Shown here: piece by piece, positions 1 through 9,905 of the stretch
Layout of the letters: the number at the start of each line of letters is the position of its first letter
How positions within the stretch are numbered: the stretch's first letter is position 1
Source: an uncultured Acidobacteriaceae bacterium
Lineage (GTDB): Bacteria > Acidobacteriota > Terriglobia > Terriglobales > Acidobacteriaceae
Direction of reading: 5' to 3'
Assembly (NCBI GenBank): GCA_963724875.1
Contig: CAVRWN010000009.1
Span: forward strand, 73,396 to 137,395
Length of the DNA: 64,000 nucleotides
Translations under genes and position numbers: made by a program
Notes under the pieces: model-generated
The model's database searches: none
What the model saw: only the letters and a program-made list of their open reading frames with translations
Told to the model about the DNA's origin: nothing

Positions 1-600
1 CCCGACGCCAAGCTTATTGAGCAGCATTGGATTCACTTCCGCGCGCACCGCCGGTTGGGCCGAACCACCCACATATACCGTGCCCACTCCCGCGACTTGC
101 GAGAGCTTCTGCGACAGAATGGAGTCGGCTGCATCGTACATCTGCGCCACCGTCTCCGTATCTGAAGTCAGGGCCAAAATCAGAATCGGCGCATCCGCGG
201 GGTTCGCCTTCCAATAGGTTGGATTGCTGGGCAGGTTGGCGGGAAGTTGACTGCGTGCGGCGTTGATTGCCGCCTGCACATCGCGTGCGGCTGCGTCGAT
301 GTTCCGGTTCAGATCAAACTGCAAAACGATGCTGGTCGAGCCCGTTTGGCTCGTCGAGGTCATCTGGTTGACTGCCGCGATGCGTCCAAACTGCCGCTCC
401 AGTGGCGTGGCCACGGCGGAAGCCATCGTCTGAGGGTCGGCGCCGGGCAGTTGCGCCCCCACGCTGATGACGGGGAAATCCACTCTGGGCAGCGAAGACA
501 CCGGTAAATAATTAAAGGCAAGAATTCCCGAGAGCAGCAGCGCCGCCGCCAGCAGCGAGGTGCCAACCGGACGCCGGATAAATGGAGCCGAGATGCTCAT
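1..600 (-). CDS. RND-family inner-membrane efflux permease (MdtC-like), N-terminal part; gene continues beyond the left edge
   Basis: Absent from the ORF track because there is no stop in the window. The reverse complement of 481-600 reads [40 protein letters not shown], a canonical RND N-terminus that parallels [17 protein letters not shown] of the upstream paralog. Same strand, 129 nt downstream of the 730..3894 gene. Confidence 0.8.
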   Translation of the reverse strand, partial: MSISAPFIRRPVGTSLLAAALLLSGILAFNYLPVSSLPRVDFPVISVGAQLPGADPQTMASAVATPLERQFGRIAAVNQMTSTSQTGSTSIVLQFDLNRNIDAAARDVQAAINAARSQLPANLPSNPTYWKANPADAPILILALTSDTETVAQMYDAADSILSQKLSQVAGVGTVYVGGSAQPAVRAEVNPMLLNKLGVG

Positions 601-608
601 GTTTTAAT

Positions 609-729
609 CACTGTCATCCTTAGGCGGACGTTCTTTGCCCGCCGAAGGATCTGAGCGAGCGGCGTGACTCCACGGAGCCTGCCCTGAGAGAGCGTAAGCG
701 ACCGAAGGGTTTGGCTCGCATCCCTGAAT
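609..729 (-). repeat. Operon-embedded hairpin repeat element, copy 1 (MITE/REP-like, ~120 nt)
   Basis: Fills the whole spacer between the two RND genes. Plus strand starts CTGTCATCC (611-619) and ends GGGTTTGGCTCGCATCCCTGAATC (707-730). Contains an 11/12 inverted repeat ATCCTTAGGCGG...CCGCCGAAGGAT. Terminal blocks match the copy at 33019-33128 in opposite orientation. Confidence 0.7.
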
Positions 730-3700
730 CTAATCCGCCGGCATTTCCTGCGGAATCGGATTGCCGATCTTGTACTTCTCAAATCGATGACCCAGCCGGT
801 CAAACCACAGATAAACCACCGGAGTGGTATAGAGGGTGAGCAACTGGCTGAGAATCAGACCACCCACGATCGTGATGCCCAGCGGCCGCCGCAACTCCGC
901 GCCCGTTCCCGACCCGAGCGCCAGCGGCAAACCTCCAAGCAAAGCCGCCATGGTCGTCATCATGATGGGGCGGAAGCGGAGCAAACAGGCCTGAAAGATG
1001 GCTTCTTCCGGTGGCTTGTGTTCTTCGCGCTCGGCCTCCAGCGCGAAGTCGATCATCATAATGGCATTCTTTTTTACGATGCCAATCAGCAGGATGATCC
1101 CGATCAGTGCCACGACAGTAAGGTCGTTTCCTGTGATCATGAGAGCCAGGATCGCGCCCACTCCGGCTGAGGGCAAGGTGGAGAGAATCGTGACGGGGTG
1201 AATGTAGCTTTCGTACAGCACTCCCAGGACGATGTAAACCGTGATGATCGCAGCCAGAATCAGGAATGGTTCACTCGAAAGCGAATTCTGGAATGCCGCG
1301 GCGGTTCCCTGAAAAGAAGCGTGAATGCTCGGCGGCAACTGAATCTCTTTCTCCACTTGCTGGATAGCCTTCGTAGCATCGCCCAGCGAGGCTCCGGGTG
1401 CGAGGTTGAACGACAGCGTGACCACCGGGAACTGTCCCTGGTGGTTGACGGCGAGAGGCGTGCTTGTCGACCGCATCTTTACAAAAGTCGAAAGCGGAAC
1501 CGGGGTACCGCTGGTTGTCGCCGACGCGGCGTTCGCGGTGGGCGCCCCCGAAGTCGGTATCGTACTGCTGGGGCGAACGTACACATCGTTCATGGCGTCG
1601 GGTGTCTTGGCAAAGCCTGGCAGGACCTCCAGCACCACGTGGTACTGGTTCAGCTGAGTAAAGATGATGGAAACCTGCCGCTGCCCGAATGCGTCGTACA
1701 GCGTGTTGTCGATAGCCTGCGGCAGGATGCCCAGGCGCGAAGCCGTATCGCGGTCGATGGTGAGATCGGTCATGAGACCGCCGTTGAGCTGATCTGTGGC
1801 CACATCGCGCAACGCCGGGGCCGCGCGCAGTTTCTCCACAAGCCTGGGCGTCCATAGCGCCAACTCCTGCGCGTCGGCATCTTCAATGGAGTATTGAAAC
1901 TCAGTCCGGCTCACCCGATCCTCCACCGTCAAGTCCTGCACGGGCTGCATGTAGAGGGTGATTCCGTCTACTTTGGCCAACGCAGGCTGCAGTCGCCGGA
2001 TGATTGCTGATGCGTCTGCATCGCGCTCATCGCGCGGTTTCAAATTAATTTGAATGCGCCCGCTGTTGGGAGTCGTATTCGTGCCGTCCACTCCGATAAA
2101 GGACGACAGACTCTCCACGTCTTTATCCTTGAGAATCACCTTCGCCAGCGCTTGCTGGCGCTGCGACATTGCATCAAACGAGATATTGTCCGGAGCTTCC
2201 GAAATTCCCAGAATCACGCCCGTATCCTGCACCGGAAAGAATCCCTTGGGCACAACCACGTAGAGAACCAGCGTAAGAACCAGGGTTCCGAAGGTCACGA
2301 ACAGGGTTGCCGTTTGGTGTTTCAGCACCCACTTCACTGTGCGTCCGTAAAACGCAATGACCCGGTTGTAATAATCTTCCGTGACCTCGTAGAAACGCCC
2401 CTTTTCACCCTCCTTGCGATGCTTGAGCAGCTTGGCGCACATCATCGGAGTCAAACTCAGGGAAACTCCTGCCGAAACCAGGATGGTCACAGCCAGCGTG
2501 ACTGCGAACTCGCGGAACAGCCGGCCGACGATGTCGCCCATGAACAGCAGCGGAATGAGCACCGCAATCAGAGACACGGTGAGCGAAACGATGGTGAACC
2601 CAATCTGCCCCGATCCCTTCAACGCCGCTTCCAGCGGCGACTCCCCGGCTTCAAGATAGCGGTCGATATTTTCGATCATGACGATGGCGTCATCCACCAC
2701 GAACCCGGTGGAAATGGTCAACGCCATCAGCGTCAGATTGTTAAGGCTGTAGCCCAGCAGATACATCACGCCAAACGTTCCCACAATCGACAGCGGGACT
2801 GCGACGCTCGGAATGAACGTTGCCCGCAGGTTTCGCAGGAAAAAGAAAATAACGATGACCACCAGCACAATGGTCAGCGCCAACTCGAACTCAACATCCT
2901 TCACCGAGGCGCGGATGGTCGTGGTCCGATCGGTCAGAATCTGCACTTTGACGGCAGATGGCAACGACGCCTGCAATTGTGGCAGCAGCTTCTTGATCCG
3001 GTCGACGACGCTGATGATGTTGGCCCCGGGCTGGCGCTGGATGTTGACGATCACCGCCGGAGTCTCATTCATCCAGGCTGCCAGCAGATCGTTTTCCGTT
3101 CCATCGATCACGTTGGCCACATCGCTAAGCCGCACCGGCGCCCCGTTGTGGTAAGCCACCACGATCGGCTTGTACTGCTGAGCGGAGAAAAGTTGATCGT
3201 TCGCGCCAATCGTGTAGGACTGCCGCGCTCCGTCGATGACGCCCTTCGCCTGATCCACATTGGCCTCGGCCAATGCAGTGCGAACATCTTCGAGACTCAG
3301 GCCGTACGATGCGAGCGCCGTCGGGTTCACCTGTACTCGCACAGCGGGTTTCTGTCCACCGCTGATGGAAACCAGTCCTACGCCCGGCAATTGCGAAATT
3401 TTCTGCGCCAAAGCGGTATCGGCGAGGTCCTCCACCTTGGACAACGCCAGCGAATCCGATGTCATCGCCAGCGTGAGGATCGGCGAATCGGCCGGGTTTA
3501 CTTTGTTGTAAATCGGAGGATTCGGCAAATCTGCCGGCAGGTACGTTTGTGCCGCGTTCACCGCAGCCTGAACCTGTTGCTCTTCCACGTCAATGTTCTG
3601 GTCGAGCCCGAACTGCAGCGTGATCACCGAACTGCCAAACGAACTCGTAGAAGTCATCTGGCTCAGGCCGGGTACCTGGCCGAATTGCCGCTCCAGCGGC

Positions 3701-3894
3701 GAAGTCACCGACGAAGCCATCACCTCGGGATCTGCGCCCGGATAAAACGTTACGACCTGAATGGTTGGATAATCGACCTCCGGCAAGGCAGAGACGGGTA
3801 GTTGCATAAATGCAACCCAACCGACCAGCAGAACGCCCACCATCAACAGCGTGGTCGCCACTGGCCGGAGAACGAATAAACGTGAAGGACTCAT
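730..3894 (-). CDS. RND-family multidrug efflux permease (MdtB/AcrB-like), 1054 aa
   Basis: Full-length ORF with a typical RND N-terminus, 12-TM organisation and large periplasmic loops. The start ATG overlaps the stop of the upstream adaptor gene (ATGA at 3891-3894). Confidence 0.9.
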   Translation of the reverse strand: MSPSRLFVLRPVATTLLMVGVLLVGWVAFMQLPVSALPEVDYPTIQVVTFYPGADPEVMASSVTSPLERQFGQVPGLSQMTSTSSFGSSVITLQFGLDQNIDVEEQQVQAAVNAAQTYLPADLPNPPIYNKVNPADSPILTLAMTSDSLALSKVEDLADTALAQKISQLPGVGLVSISGGQKPAVRVQVNPTALASYGLSLEDVRTALAEANVDQAKGVIDGARQSYTIGANDQLFSAQQYKPIVVAYHNGAPVRLSDVANVIDGTENDLLAAWMNETPAVIVNIQRQPGANIISVVDRIKKLLPQLQASLPSAVKVQILTDRTTTIRASVKDVEFELALTIVLVVIVIFFFLRNLRATFIPSVAVPLSIVGTFGVMYLLGYSLNNLTLMALTISTGFVVDDAIVMIENIDRYLEAGESPLEAALKGSGQIGFTIVSLTVSLIAVLIPLLFMGDIVGRLFREFAVTLAVTILVSAGVSLSLTPMMCAKLLKHRKEGEKGRFYEVTEDYYNRVIAFYGRTVKWVLKHQTATLFVTFGTLVLTLVLYVVVPKGFFPVQDTGVILGISEAPDNISFDAMSQRQQALAKVILKDKDVESLSSFIGVDGTNTTPNSGRIQINLKPRDERDADASAIIRRLQPALAKVDGITLYMQPVQDLTVEDRVSRTEFQYSIEDADAQELALWTPRLVEKLRAAPALRDVATDQLNGGLMTDLTIDRDTASRLGILPQAIDNTLYDAFGQRQVSIIFTQLNQYHVVLEVLPGFAKTPDAMNDVYVRPSSTIPTSGAPTANAASATTSGTPVPLSTFVKMRSTSTPLAVNHQGQFPVVTLSFNLAPGASLGDATKAIQQVEKEIQLPPSIHASFQGTAAAFQNSLSSEPFLILAAIITVYIVLGVLYESYIHPVTILSTLPSAGVGAILALMITGNDLTVVALIGIILLIGIVKKNAIMMIDFALEAEREEHKPPEEAIFQACLLRFRPIMMTTMAALLGGLPLALGSGTGAELRRPLGITIVGGLILSQLLTLYTTPVVYLWFDRLGHRFEKYKIGNPIPQEMPAD

Positions 3895-5162
3895 GAAGCC
3901 GGAATTCCTGATGCCGCAGTTCCTGAAGCTGCAGTTCCTGAAGCCGCGGCACTGCCGCCGCCTGCGGTGTTGCTGGGCCCACTGCTTCGTGGCTCGATGG
4001 AACTGCCGGTCTGGAGTTTGTCCTGGCCGTCAGTCACAACCGTGTCTCCGGGGGTAAGGCCGGCAAGCACCGCGGTGGTCGTGCCCTGGGTCAGCGCTAT
4101 GGTCACCGTGCGCGCTTCGACGGTCTTGTCGGGCTTTACCAGATAGACGAATGCTCCCTGCGGACCACGCAGGATCGCGGCTGTGGGCAGTACAGTGCTG
4201 TTCTTACGCGTCTCCAGAAGCAGGTTGGCGTTTACAAACTGGTTGGGCCAAAGCTGGTTGTCTTTGTTATCAAAGACGGCTTTCAGCTTGGCGGTTCCCG
4301 TCGTCGGATCGATTTCGTTGTCAATCGTCTGCAGTTTGCCCGTTGCCAGCTTGGTCTGATCGTCGCGGCTGTAAGCTTCGACCAGCAGCGTCGAGTTCTT
4401 CATGTGTTGCGCCACCGTCGGCAACTCATCCTCGGGCAGAGTGAAGATCACCGCAATCGGCTGCAGTTGCGTGAGGATCAGCATGGGATTGGTGTCGGTT
4501 GCGTGCACAATATTCCCCGGATCTACCTGCCGCAGCCCGACGCGTCCGGTAAATGGCGCCGTGATGTTGCAGTAGACGAGCTGCAACTTGGCGTTATCGA
4601 TTTGCGCCTGATCGGTGCGCACCTGGCCGTCAAGCTGGTCTACCAGCGACTGCTGCGTGTCCACTTGTTGCTGCGCAATGCTGCCAGAGGGAATCAGCGT
4701 GGTATAGCGCTGCAGGTTCAGTCGCGCATCGCGCAGCGTAGCCTGGTCCTTGAACAATTGCGCCTGCATCTGCTCCAGCTGCACCTGGTAGGGGCGAGGA
4801 TCGATTACGATCAGCAAATCGCCTTCTTTCACGACCTGCCCTTCCTGAAAGTTCACGCGCATGATCTGCCCGTCGACGCGGCTTTTTATGTTCGCCGTGT
4901 AAAACGCAGTCACCGACCCCAGCCCGACCAGGTAAACGGGCATATCTTCTTGTTGAACCTTGGCCACGGCCACTGAAACCGCATGCGGGCCCGCGGCTTG
5001 TGCCTTCTGCCTGGAGTCGGCGCCGGTGCAGCCAGAGAAGGATGCGCAAACCACCACCAATACCACGGCCGGTAACAGCCAGAGACGAAGGCGCCGGGCA
5101 AACTGCCGCTCTTCTTGAAAAAACCTCGAATCGATCATTTTCACAGGTTTGGTCGTTTGCAC
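3891..5162 (-). CDS. RND efflux periplasmic adaptor (membrane fusion protein, MdtA/HlyD-like)
   Basis: 423-aa ORF with a signal/lipobox-like N-terminus ([12 protein letters not shown]) and barrel-sandwich hybrid/coiled-coil type sequence. Translationally coupled to the RND gene. The true start may be an internal Met. Confidence 0.85.
   Translation of the reverse strand: MQTTKPVKMIDSRFFQEERQFARRLRLWLLPAVVLVVVCASFSGCTGADSRQKAQAAGPHAVSVAVAKVQQEDMPVYLVGLGSVTAFYTANIKSRVDGQIMRVNFQEGQVVKEGDLLIVIDPRPYQVQLEQMQAQLFKDQATLRDARLNLQRYTTLIPSGSIAQQQVDTQQSLVDQLDGQVRTDQAQIDNAKLQLVYCNITAPFTGRVGLRQVDPGNIVHATDTNPMLILTQLQPIAVIFTLPEDELPTVAQHMKNSTLLVEAYSRDDQTKLATGKLQTIDNEIDPTTGTAKLKAVFDNKDNQLWPNQFVNANLLLETRKNSTVLPTAAILRGPQGAFVYLVKPDKTVEARTVTIALTQGTTTAVLAGLTPGDTVVTDGQDKLQTGSSIEPRSSGPSNTAGGGSAAASGTAASGTAASGIPAS
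3896..3955 (-). repeat. 15-nt tandem repeat (about 3.5 units) inside the 3-prime end of the adaptor gene, encoding (AASGT)n
   Basis: Plus-strand units are GAAGCCGGAATTCCT / GATGCCGCAGTTCCT / GAAGCTGCAGTTCCT / GAAGCCGCGGCACTG. The protein tail reads [23 protein letters not shown]. Confidence 0.8.
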
Positions 5163-5436
5163 CTTTCCACAAGCTTGGCGCAGATCGCGCCATTTATTAG
5201 ACGTATCATTTTCCAGTCGGTTGCGGCACCTCTGCCCGATAGGCAGCCGATCGTCTTACGACTAAGGTCCTCCCGCCGGAGAGGCTCAGGTGGGAACTGG
5301 AACGCAGATCTAATAGTAGAGCCCTACAAAACTAGCATCAACCGCGCGCCCCGACAGGTCAAGTACCGGGCGAATGTTTTACAAATCTTTACTCGCCTTT
5401 GCCTATATTTACCCTTGTTTACTGACTCTTAACTGT

Positions 5437-6057
5437 TCAGGCTAACTGTACCGGCGATCGCAGCCCCGGCGGCGGATGCAACGCTTCATAGGCGGCAATC
5501 TCTGCTTCGTGTTGCAGCGTCAGACCAATGTCGTCCAGCCCATTGAGCAGACAGTGCCGCACGAATTCATCGATGGGAAATTTCGCGCGAAAGCCCCGTT
5601 CGTCCCGAACCTCGCATTGCTCAAGGTCGATGGTGAGCTGGTAATCGTCGAGCTCGCGAGATCGCCGCATCAGTTCGGCGGCTTCAGCTTCGCTCAGACG
5701 CACGGTGAGGAAGCCGTTCTTGGCGCTGTTATTGGCGAAGATGTCGGCGAACGAAGAGGAAATCACGGCGCGGAAACCGAAATCCGTCAGCGCCCACACT
5801 GCGTGCTCGCGCGAGGATCCGCAGCCGAAATTCCGTCCCGCGACCAGAATGCTCGCGCCTTTATAGCGCGACTCGTCCAGAACAAAACCAGCATTCTTCT
5901 TTCCGTCGGCGGCGAAGCGCCAGTCGTAAAACAAAAACTGCCCGAAGCCGGTCTTCTCGATGCGCTTGAGAAACTGCTTGGGAATAATCTGGTCAGTGTC
6001 AACGTTGACCCGGTCCAGCGGTGCCACGCTCCCACGATGTGTACGAAACGGTTTCAT
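5437..6057 (-). CDS. leuD: 3-isopropylmalate dehydratase small subunit
   Basis: MKPFRTHRGSVAPLDRVNVDTDQIIPKQFLKRIEKTGFGQFLFYDWRF is a textbook LeuD N-terminus. I prefer the ATG at 6057 over the ORF-track start at 6081. Confidence 0.92.
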   Translation of the reverse strand: MKPFRTHRGSVAPLDRVNVDTDQIIPKQFLKRIEKTGFGQFLFYDWRFAADGKKNAGFVLDESRYKGASILVAGRNFGCGSSREHAVWALTDFGFRAVISSSFADIFANNSAKNGFLTVRLSEAEAAELMRRSRELDDYQLTIDLEQCEVRDERGFRAKFPIDEFVRHCLLNGLDDIGLTLQHEAEIAAYEALHPPPGLRSPVQLA

Positions 6058-6061
6058 ATTC

Positions 6062-6215
6062 CTAACCCTTACACCTGTCATCCTGAGCGGAGCGAGAACT
6101 TCGCGAAGCGAAGTTCTCGCGGAGTCGAAGGATCCCTGCCCTCTTTACAGCCTCCGCTCGGGTTCAAGGCGTTCTACCCGTGCACTTCGCACTCGTAACA
6201 CTACAAGTGTGGAGG
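6062..6215 (-). repeat. Operon-embedded hairpin repeat element, copy 2 (related subfamily) between leuC and leuD
   Basis: CTGTCATCC at 6075-6083 and GAAGGATC at 6127-6134. Perfect 13-bp stem with a 3-nt loop, GCGAGAACTTCGC-GAA-GCGAAGTTCTCGC, at 6091-6119. Outer boundaries are approximate. Confidence 0.65.
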
Positions 6216-6258
6216 ACGTAGCCGCAGACTTATGAACGCAATTGAGTTGGAACCGCCA

Positions 6259-7674
6259 TCACTGAAACTTCCAATCCCTTATATCCGTGAAGTGCCCGGC
6301 AATCGCCGCCGCCGCCGCCATCATCGGACTCACCAGATGCGTCCGCCCACCGCGTCCCTGGCGCCCTTCAAAATTCCGGTTGCTGGTGGAGGCACAGCGC
6401 TCCCCGGGCTGCAAAATATCGGGATTCATTCCCAGGCACATCGAGCATCCCGACTCGCGCCACTCGAATCCCGCATCCAGAAAAACCCGGTGCAAGCCTT
6501 CCTGCTCCGCCGCCCGTTTCACCGTCTGCGAGCCCGGCACTACCATCGCCCGCACCTTCGCGCTCACATGATGACCCTTGGCCACTCGTGCCGCCGCCCG
6601 CAGATCCTCAAGGCGCGAGTTGGTGCACGACCCGATAAAGACGCGATCGATGCCAATGTCTTCAATACGCTTCCCCGGCTCCAGCCCCATATATTGCAAA
6701 GCCAGCTCGGTCGATCGCCGGTCGGATTCTTTCAAGCTTCCAACATCCGGCACCCGTCCCGTGACCGGCGCAACCATACCGGGATTCGTGCCCCAGGTCA
6801 CAAACGGAGAAAGCTGCGCCGCATCAATCTCAACGACTTTGTCGAACGCTGCGCCCTCATCCGTCGGCAAACTGCGCCAGTATTCGACTGCCCTCTCCCA
6901 TTCGCCGTCCCTTGGAACAAATCGTCTGCCGTTCACATACGCAAATGTGATTTCATCCGGCGCCACCATGCCAGCCCGCGCTCCGGCCTCGATGCTCATA
7001 TTGCACAGCGTCATGCGCCCTTCCATCGAGAGCGCCCGCACTGCTTCGCCCGCATATTCGATGACGTACCCGGTCGCGCCATCGGTGCCGATCTGTCCGA
7101 TAATTCCCAGCGCGAGATCTTTGGCCGTCACACCCTCCGCCAATCGCCCGCGCACATCAATCTTCATCGTCTTCGGCCTTTGCTGGGCGAGGCACTGCGT
7201 CGCTAGAACGTGCTCCACTTCTGACGTTCCAATGCCAAAGGCCAGCGCTCCAAAAGCCCCGTGTGTGCTGGTATGGCTGTCGCCACAAACAATCGTCATC
7301 CCCGGCCGCGTCAGCCCCAGCTCGGGACCAATCACGTGCACAATCCCCTGCTCGAGCGAATCCATATCAAACAGCAGGACGCCAAATTCCTTGCAGTTCG
7401 CCTGCAGCGCCGCAATCTGCTTGGCCGCAATCAGATCGGTGATGGGAGTTCCCCGCGGCTCGGTCGGAATGTTGTGATCGACGGTGGCGACGGTGCGAGA
7501 AGGCTGCCGGACTTTTCTTCCCGCAGCTCGCAACCCATCAAAGGCCTGCGGCGAAGTAACTTCATGCACCAGATGCAGATCGATATAAACGATCGGCGAA
7601 CGCCCGCCCGGTTGCGCCACCAGATGCGCATCCCAGATCTTCTCGAAGAGTGTTCTCTTTGATGCCATGGTCAC
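6259..7674 (-). CDS. leuC: 3-isopropylmalate dehydratase large subunit
   Basis: 471-aa [17 protein letters not shown], the GDSHT and CTNSR Fe-S ligand motifs, and the aconitase-family layout are all present. Confidence 0.95.
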   Translation of the reverse strand: MTMASKRTLFEKIWDAHLVAQPGGRSPIVYIDLHLVHEVTSPQAFDGLRAAGRKVRQPSRTVATVDHNIPTEPRGTPITDLIAAKQIAALQANCKEFGVLLFDMDSLEQGIVHVIGPELGLTRPGMTIVCGDSHTSTHGAFGALAFGIGTSEVEHVLATQCLAQQRPKTMKIDVRGRLAEGVTAKDLALGIIGQIGTDGATGYVIEYAGEAVRALSMEGRMTLCNMSIEAGARAGMVAPDEITFAYVNGRRFVPRDGEWERAVEYWRSLPTDEGAAFDKVVEIDAAQLSPFVTWGTNPGMVAPVTGRVPDVGSLKESDRRSTELALQYMGLEPGKRIEDIGIDRVFIGSCTNSRLEDLRAAARVAKGHHVSAKVRAMVVPGSQTVKRAAEQEGLHRVFLDAGFEWRESGCSMCLGMNPDILQPGERCASTSNRNFEGRQGRGGRTHLVSPMMAAAAAIAGHFTDIRDWKFQ

Positions 7675-8117
7675 TGAATAACCAGTTTTTCACACGCGGC
7701 GCAACGGAGCAAGGCGTAGCGCCGGCAGCCGGCTTTCCACACCCCACTGTGACATCTGACCTTGCGCACAGCCCCGCAGTCGCGCGATCATAGTCGAGGC
7801 AGTGACGGTCCGCAGAGGACGAAACCGCGAGACCGTAAGCCGTTTGTTTTCTATATTATGGTATCTAACCCCTTTGCCATGCGGATTTTGCCGGGAATTT
7901 CGTGCTAACTCAATGATTCCAGTGAGGGGAGGGGGGAGGGGGGTACCTCGGTTTTTGCGAGCGAGCCTGGCCAGGCGATCCTGTTCCGAAGGTTCGTCGA
8001 ACAATTATTTTCGCGACATCAGCTATCATTTGGACGCGCCAAGCTTTACCCTGTGTTCCTCTGTGACCCCTGTGTTAAAGAATTTCTGCAAGGAGAATCT
8101 CAGAGGCCCCGACAAGA

Positions 8118-8918
8118 ATGATTGACGGAAAACGTATTGCGGTCGTAATGCCCGCCTACAACGCGGAGAAAACGCTCGAGGCCACGGTAGGAGAACTGCC
8201 GGACCTGGTGGATATCCGCATCCTGGTCGACGACCACAGCTCCGACCAGACGGTCGACGTGGCTCGTCGCCTGGGCTTGCTCGTTTTCCAGCATGATCGC
8301 AACTATGGTTACGGCCGCAATCAGCAGACCTGCTATCGCGAGGCTCTGGCCGCGGGCGCCGACGTGGTCATCATGCTTCATCCGGATTATCAGTACACGC
8401 CGCTGCTGGTCACAGCGATGGCCAGCATGGTCGCTTACGGCGTTTACGATGTTGTGCTGGGTTCGCGCATTATCGGCGGGACGGCGCTGCGCGGCGGCAT
8501 GCCACTCTATAAATACATCTCGAACCGGTTGCTCACGGCGTTCGAAAATCTTTTTCTGCGCGTCAAGCTTTCCGAATACCACACCGGCTACCGCGCCTTC
8601 AGCCGCAAAGTGCTCCTCGAGTTGCCGTTGCTCGAGAACTCCGACGACTTCGTGTTCGACAACCAAATGCTCGCCCAGTGCGTGCATTTCGGCTTCCGCA
8701 TCGGAGAAGTTTCTTGTCCCACGAAGTATTTCGCGGAAGCTTCTTCGATCAACTTTCGCCGCAGCGTGAAATATGGTTTCGGAGTGCTGGCGACCGCTCT
8801 GGAATTCGCACTGCAAAGGGCGGGACTGATCCATCTGCCCCGCTTCAGCGACAAGGGGCGCAAGCTCGAACCCGGCTATCCCACCTACTACGCCCGCCGA
8901 ACCGCCCGCCCGGCATAG
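8118..8918 (+). CDS. Family 2 glycosyltransferase (polyprenol-phosphate sugar synthase type, DPM1/ArnC/GtrB-like)
   Basis: [20 protein letters not shown]...[11 protein letters not shown] is the GT2 N-terminal signature with a DxD-type acidic motif. 266 aa. Confidence 0.85.
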   Translation: MIDGKRIAVVMPAYNAEKTLEATVGELPDLVDIRILVDDHSSDQTVDVARRLGLLVFQHDRNYGYGRNQQTCYREALAAGADVVIMLHPDYQYTPLLVTAMASMVAYGVYDVVLGSRIIGGTALRGGMPLYKYISNRLLTAFENLFLRVKLSEYHTGYRAFSRKVLLELPLLENSDDFVFDNQMLAQCVHFGFRIGEVSCPTKYFAEASSINFRRSVKYGFGVLATALEFALQRAGLIHLPRFSDKGRKLEPGYPTYYARRTARPA

Positions 8919-8965
8919 TGGAGAGAGTTATGGAATATGTGGAGACGGAACTTCTGGCTTGCCTC

Positions 8966-9841
8966 TCACTTCTTCCTCGACAGAAATCCCAGCACCTTGC
9001 TGGCGAACTCGTCCGAGAATCCAAACCGCGCTTTGGCGCGCGAGTAAAGATCGACGGCTTTCTTGTCCAGCCAGATCATCGCCGACTTCCCCCAGCCATC
9101 CTGCGGCCGCGCAAAATAATCGGTGGAATGTCCGCTAACTTTCTTGCCCTGCTCGACCGTGTAATAGTACAAAGCGAGACTCTTGCGCGACTGGCCCTCG
9201 GGGCACGTGAGAGGATCAGGGAAGCCGTGCAACGACCGCTCGTCAGTCGTAAAAATGAGCGCATGATTGAGCAGCGGAGGATACTTTGCCGCGCAGCGCG
9301 CCATCTTCCCATCCTTCCGCTCCCACAATTCGATGGCTCCGCCCCACTCTTCCTGCCATCCCGGATTCAGATAAAGAATGAGATTCACGCGCCGGTGCAG
9401 GTGAGTGTGGAAGTGGTGCATGGAAAAATCCGTATGTACATTCAGATAGCCGCCGGGCCCGGATTGGTGCAGGCCGCCGCCCTCGAGCATCGGGTCCGCC
9501 ATCAGATTGGGAATGCCGGTCAATTCCGAAACCCAGGCGACAAACTCCGGCGAGTTCAATTCATCGGTGACAGCTCCGATTGTCGCCGGAAACAGCTCCC
9601 GCTTGGGCATGCCCAGCTTGTTTTCGTTGGCGTGTTTGTACTGCGTCCAGGCGTCACTCGCAGCTTGAGGAAACTGCGCCGCCATGTCCCGCGCAACTTC
9701 AGCATCAAGAAAATCTTTCAGCAGAATGTGCGGGCAAGGATGGTTCTCGCGATATTGCCTGGCCAGCTCAGGCAGCGGAGATCCCCATCTCTGATAGGGA
9801 AACAGCCGGACGGGGGTTTGAACGGCCGAAGCAGTAGACAT
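8966..9841 (-). CDS. 2OG-Fe(II) oxygenase family protein (prolyl-hydroxylase-like fold)
   Basis: HxD motif in YLNVHTDF and a distal His in ERSLHGFP. WGGAIELW is typical of the 2OG-FeII_Oxy_3/4 families. I use the ATG at 9841 because the ORF-track start at 9973 would overlap the upstream gene. Confidence 0.7.
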   Translation of the reverse strand: MSTASAVQTPVRLFPYQRWGSPLPELARQYRENHPCPHILLKDFLDAEVARDMAAQFPQAASDAWTQYKHANENKLGMPKRELFPATIGAVTDELNSPEFVAWVSELTGIPNLMADPMLEGGGLHQSGPGGYLNVHTDFSMHHFHTHLHRRVNLILYLNPGWQEEWGGAIELWERKDGKMARCAAKYPPLLNHALIFTTDERSLHGFPDPLTCPEGQSRKSLALYYYTVEQGKKVSGHSTDYFARPQDGWGKSAMIWLDKKAVDLYSRAKARFGFSDEFASKVLGFLSRKK

Positions 9842-9905
9842 TATTCTGCATTGTAAATGATCGACCGCACAGGAAACTGGATTTTCGCGGCGCGAGCCAT
9901 CGCTG

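Noticed and set aside
2050-3801. Very long antisense ORFs opposite confident genes: 2050..3801 (+), 6232..7206 (+), 8678..9856 (+), 17312..18283 (-), 32169..33053 (-), 42308..43444 (+), 43815..45125 (-), 49970..50995 (+), 53987..55546 (+), 59883..60896 (-).
   Set aside because: Their translations are Arg/Gly/His/Pro-rich and low-complexity with no motifs, and each lies opposite a gene with clear family signatures. Long stop-free antisense frames are expected in GC-rich DNA.
7690-8004. 104-aa ORF in the leuC upstream spacer as a possible leader peptide or regulator.
   Set aside because: It has no Leu-codon run, no ribosome-binding site and an Arg/Pro-rich composition typical of chance ORFs.
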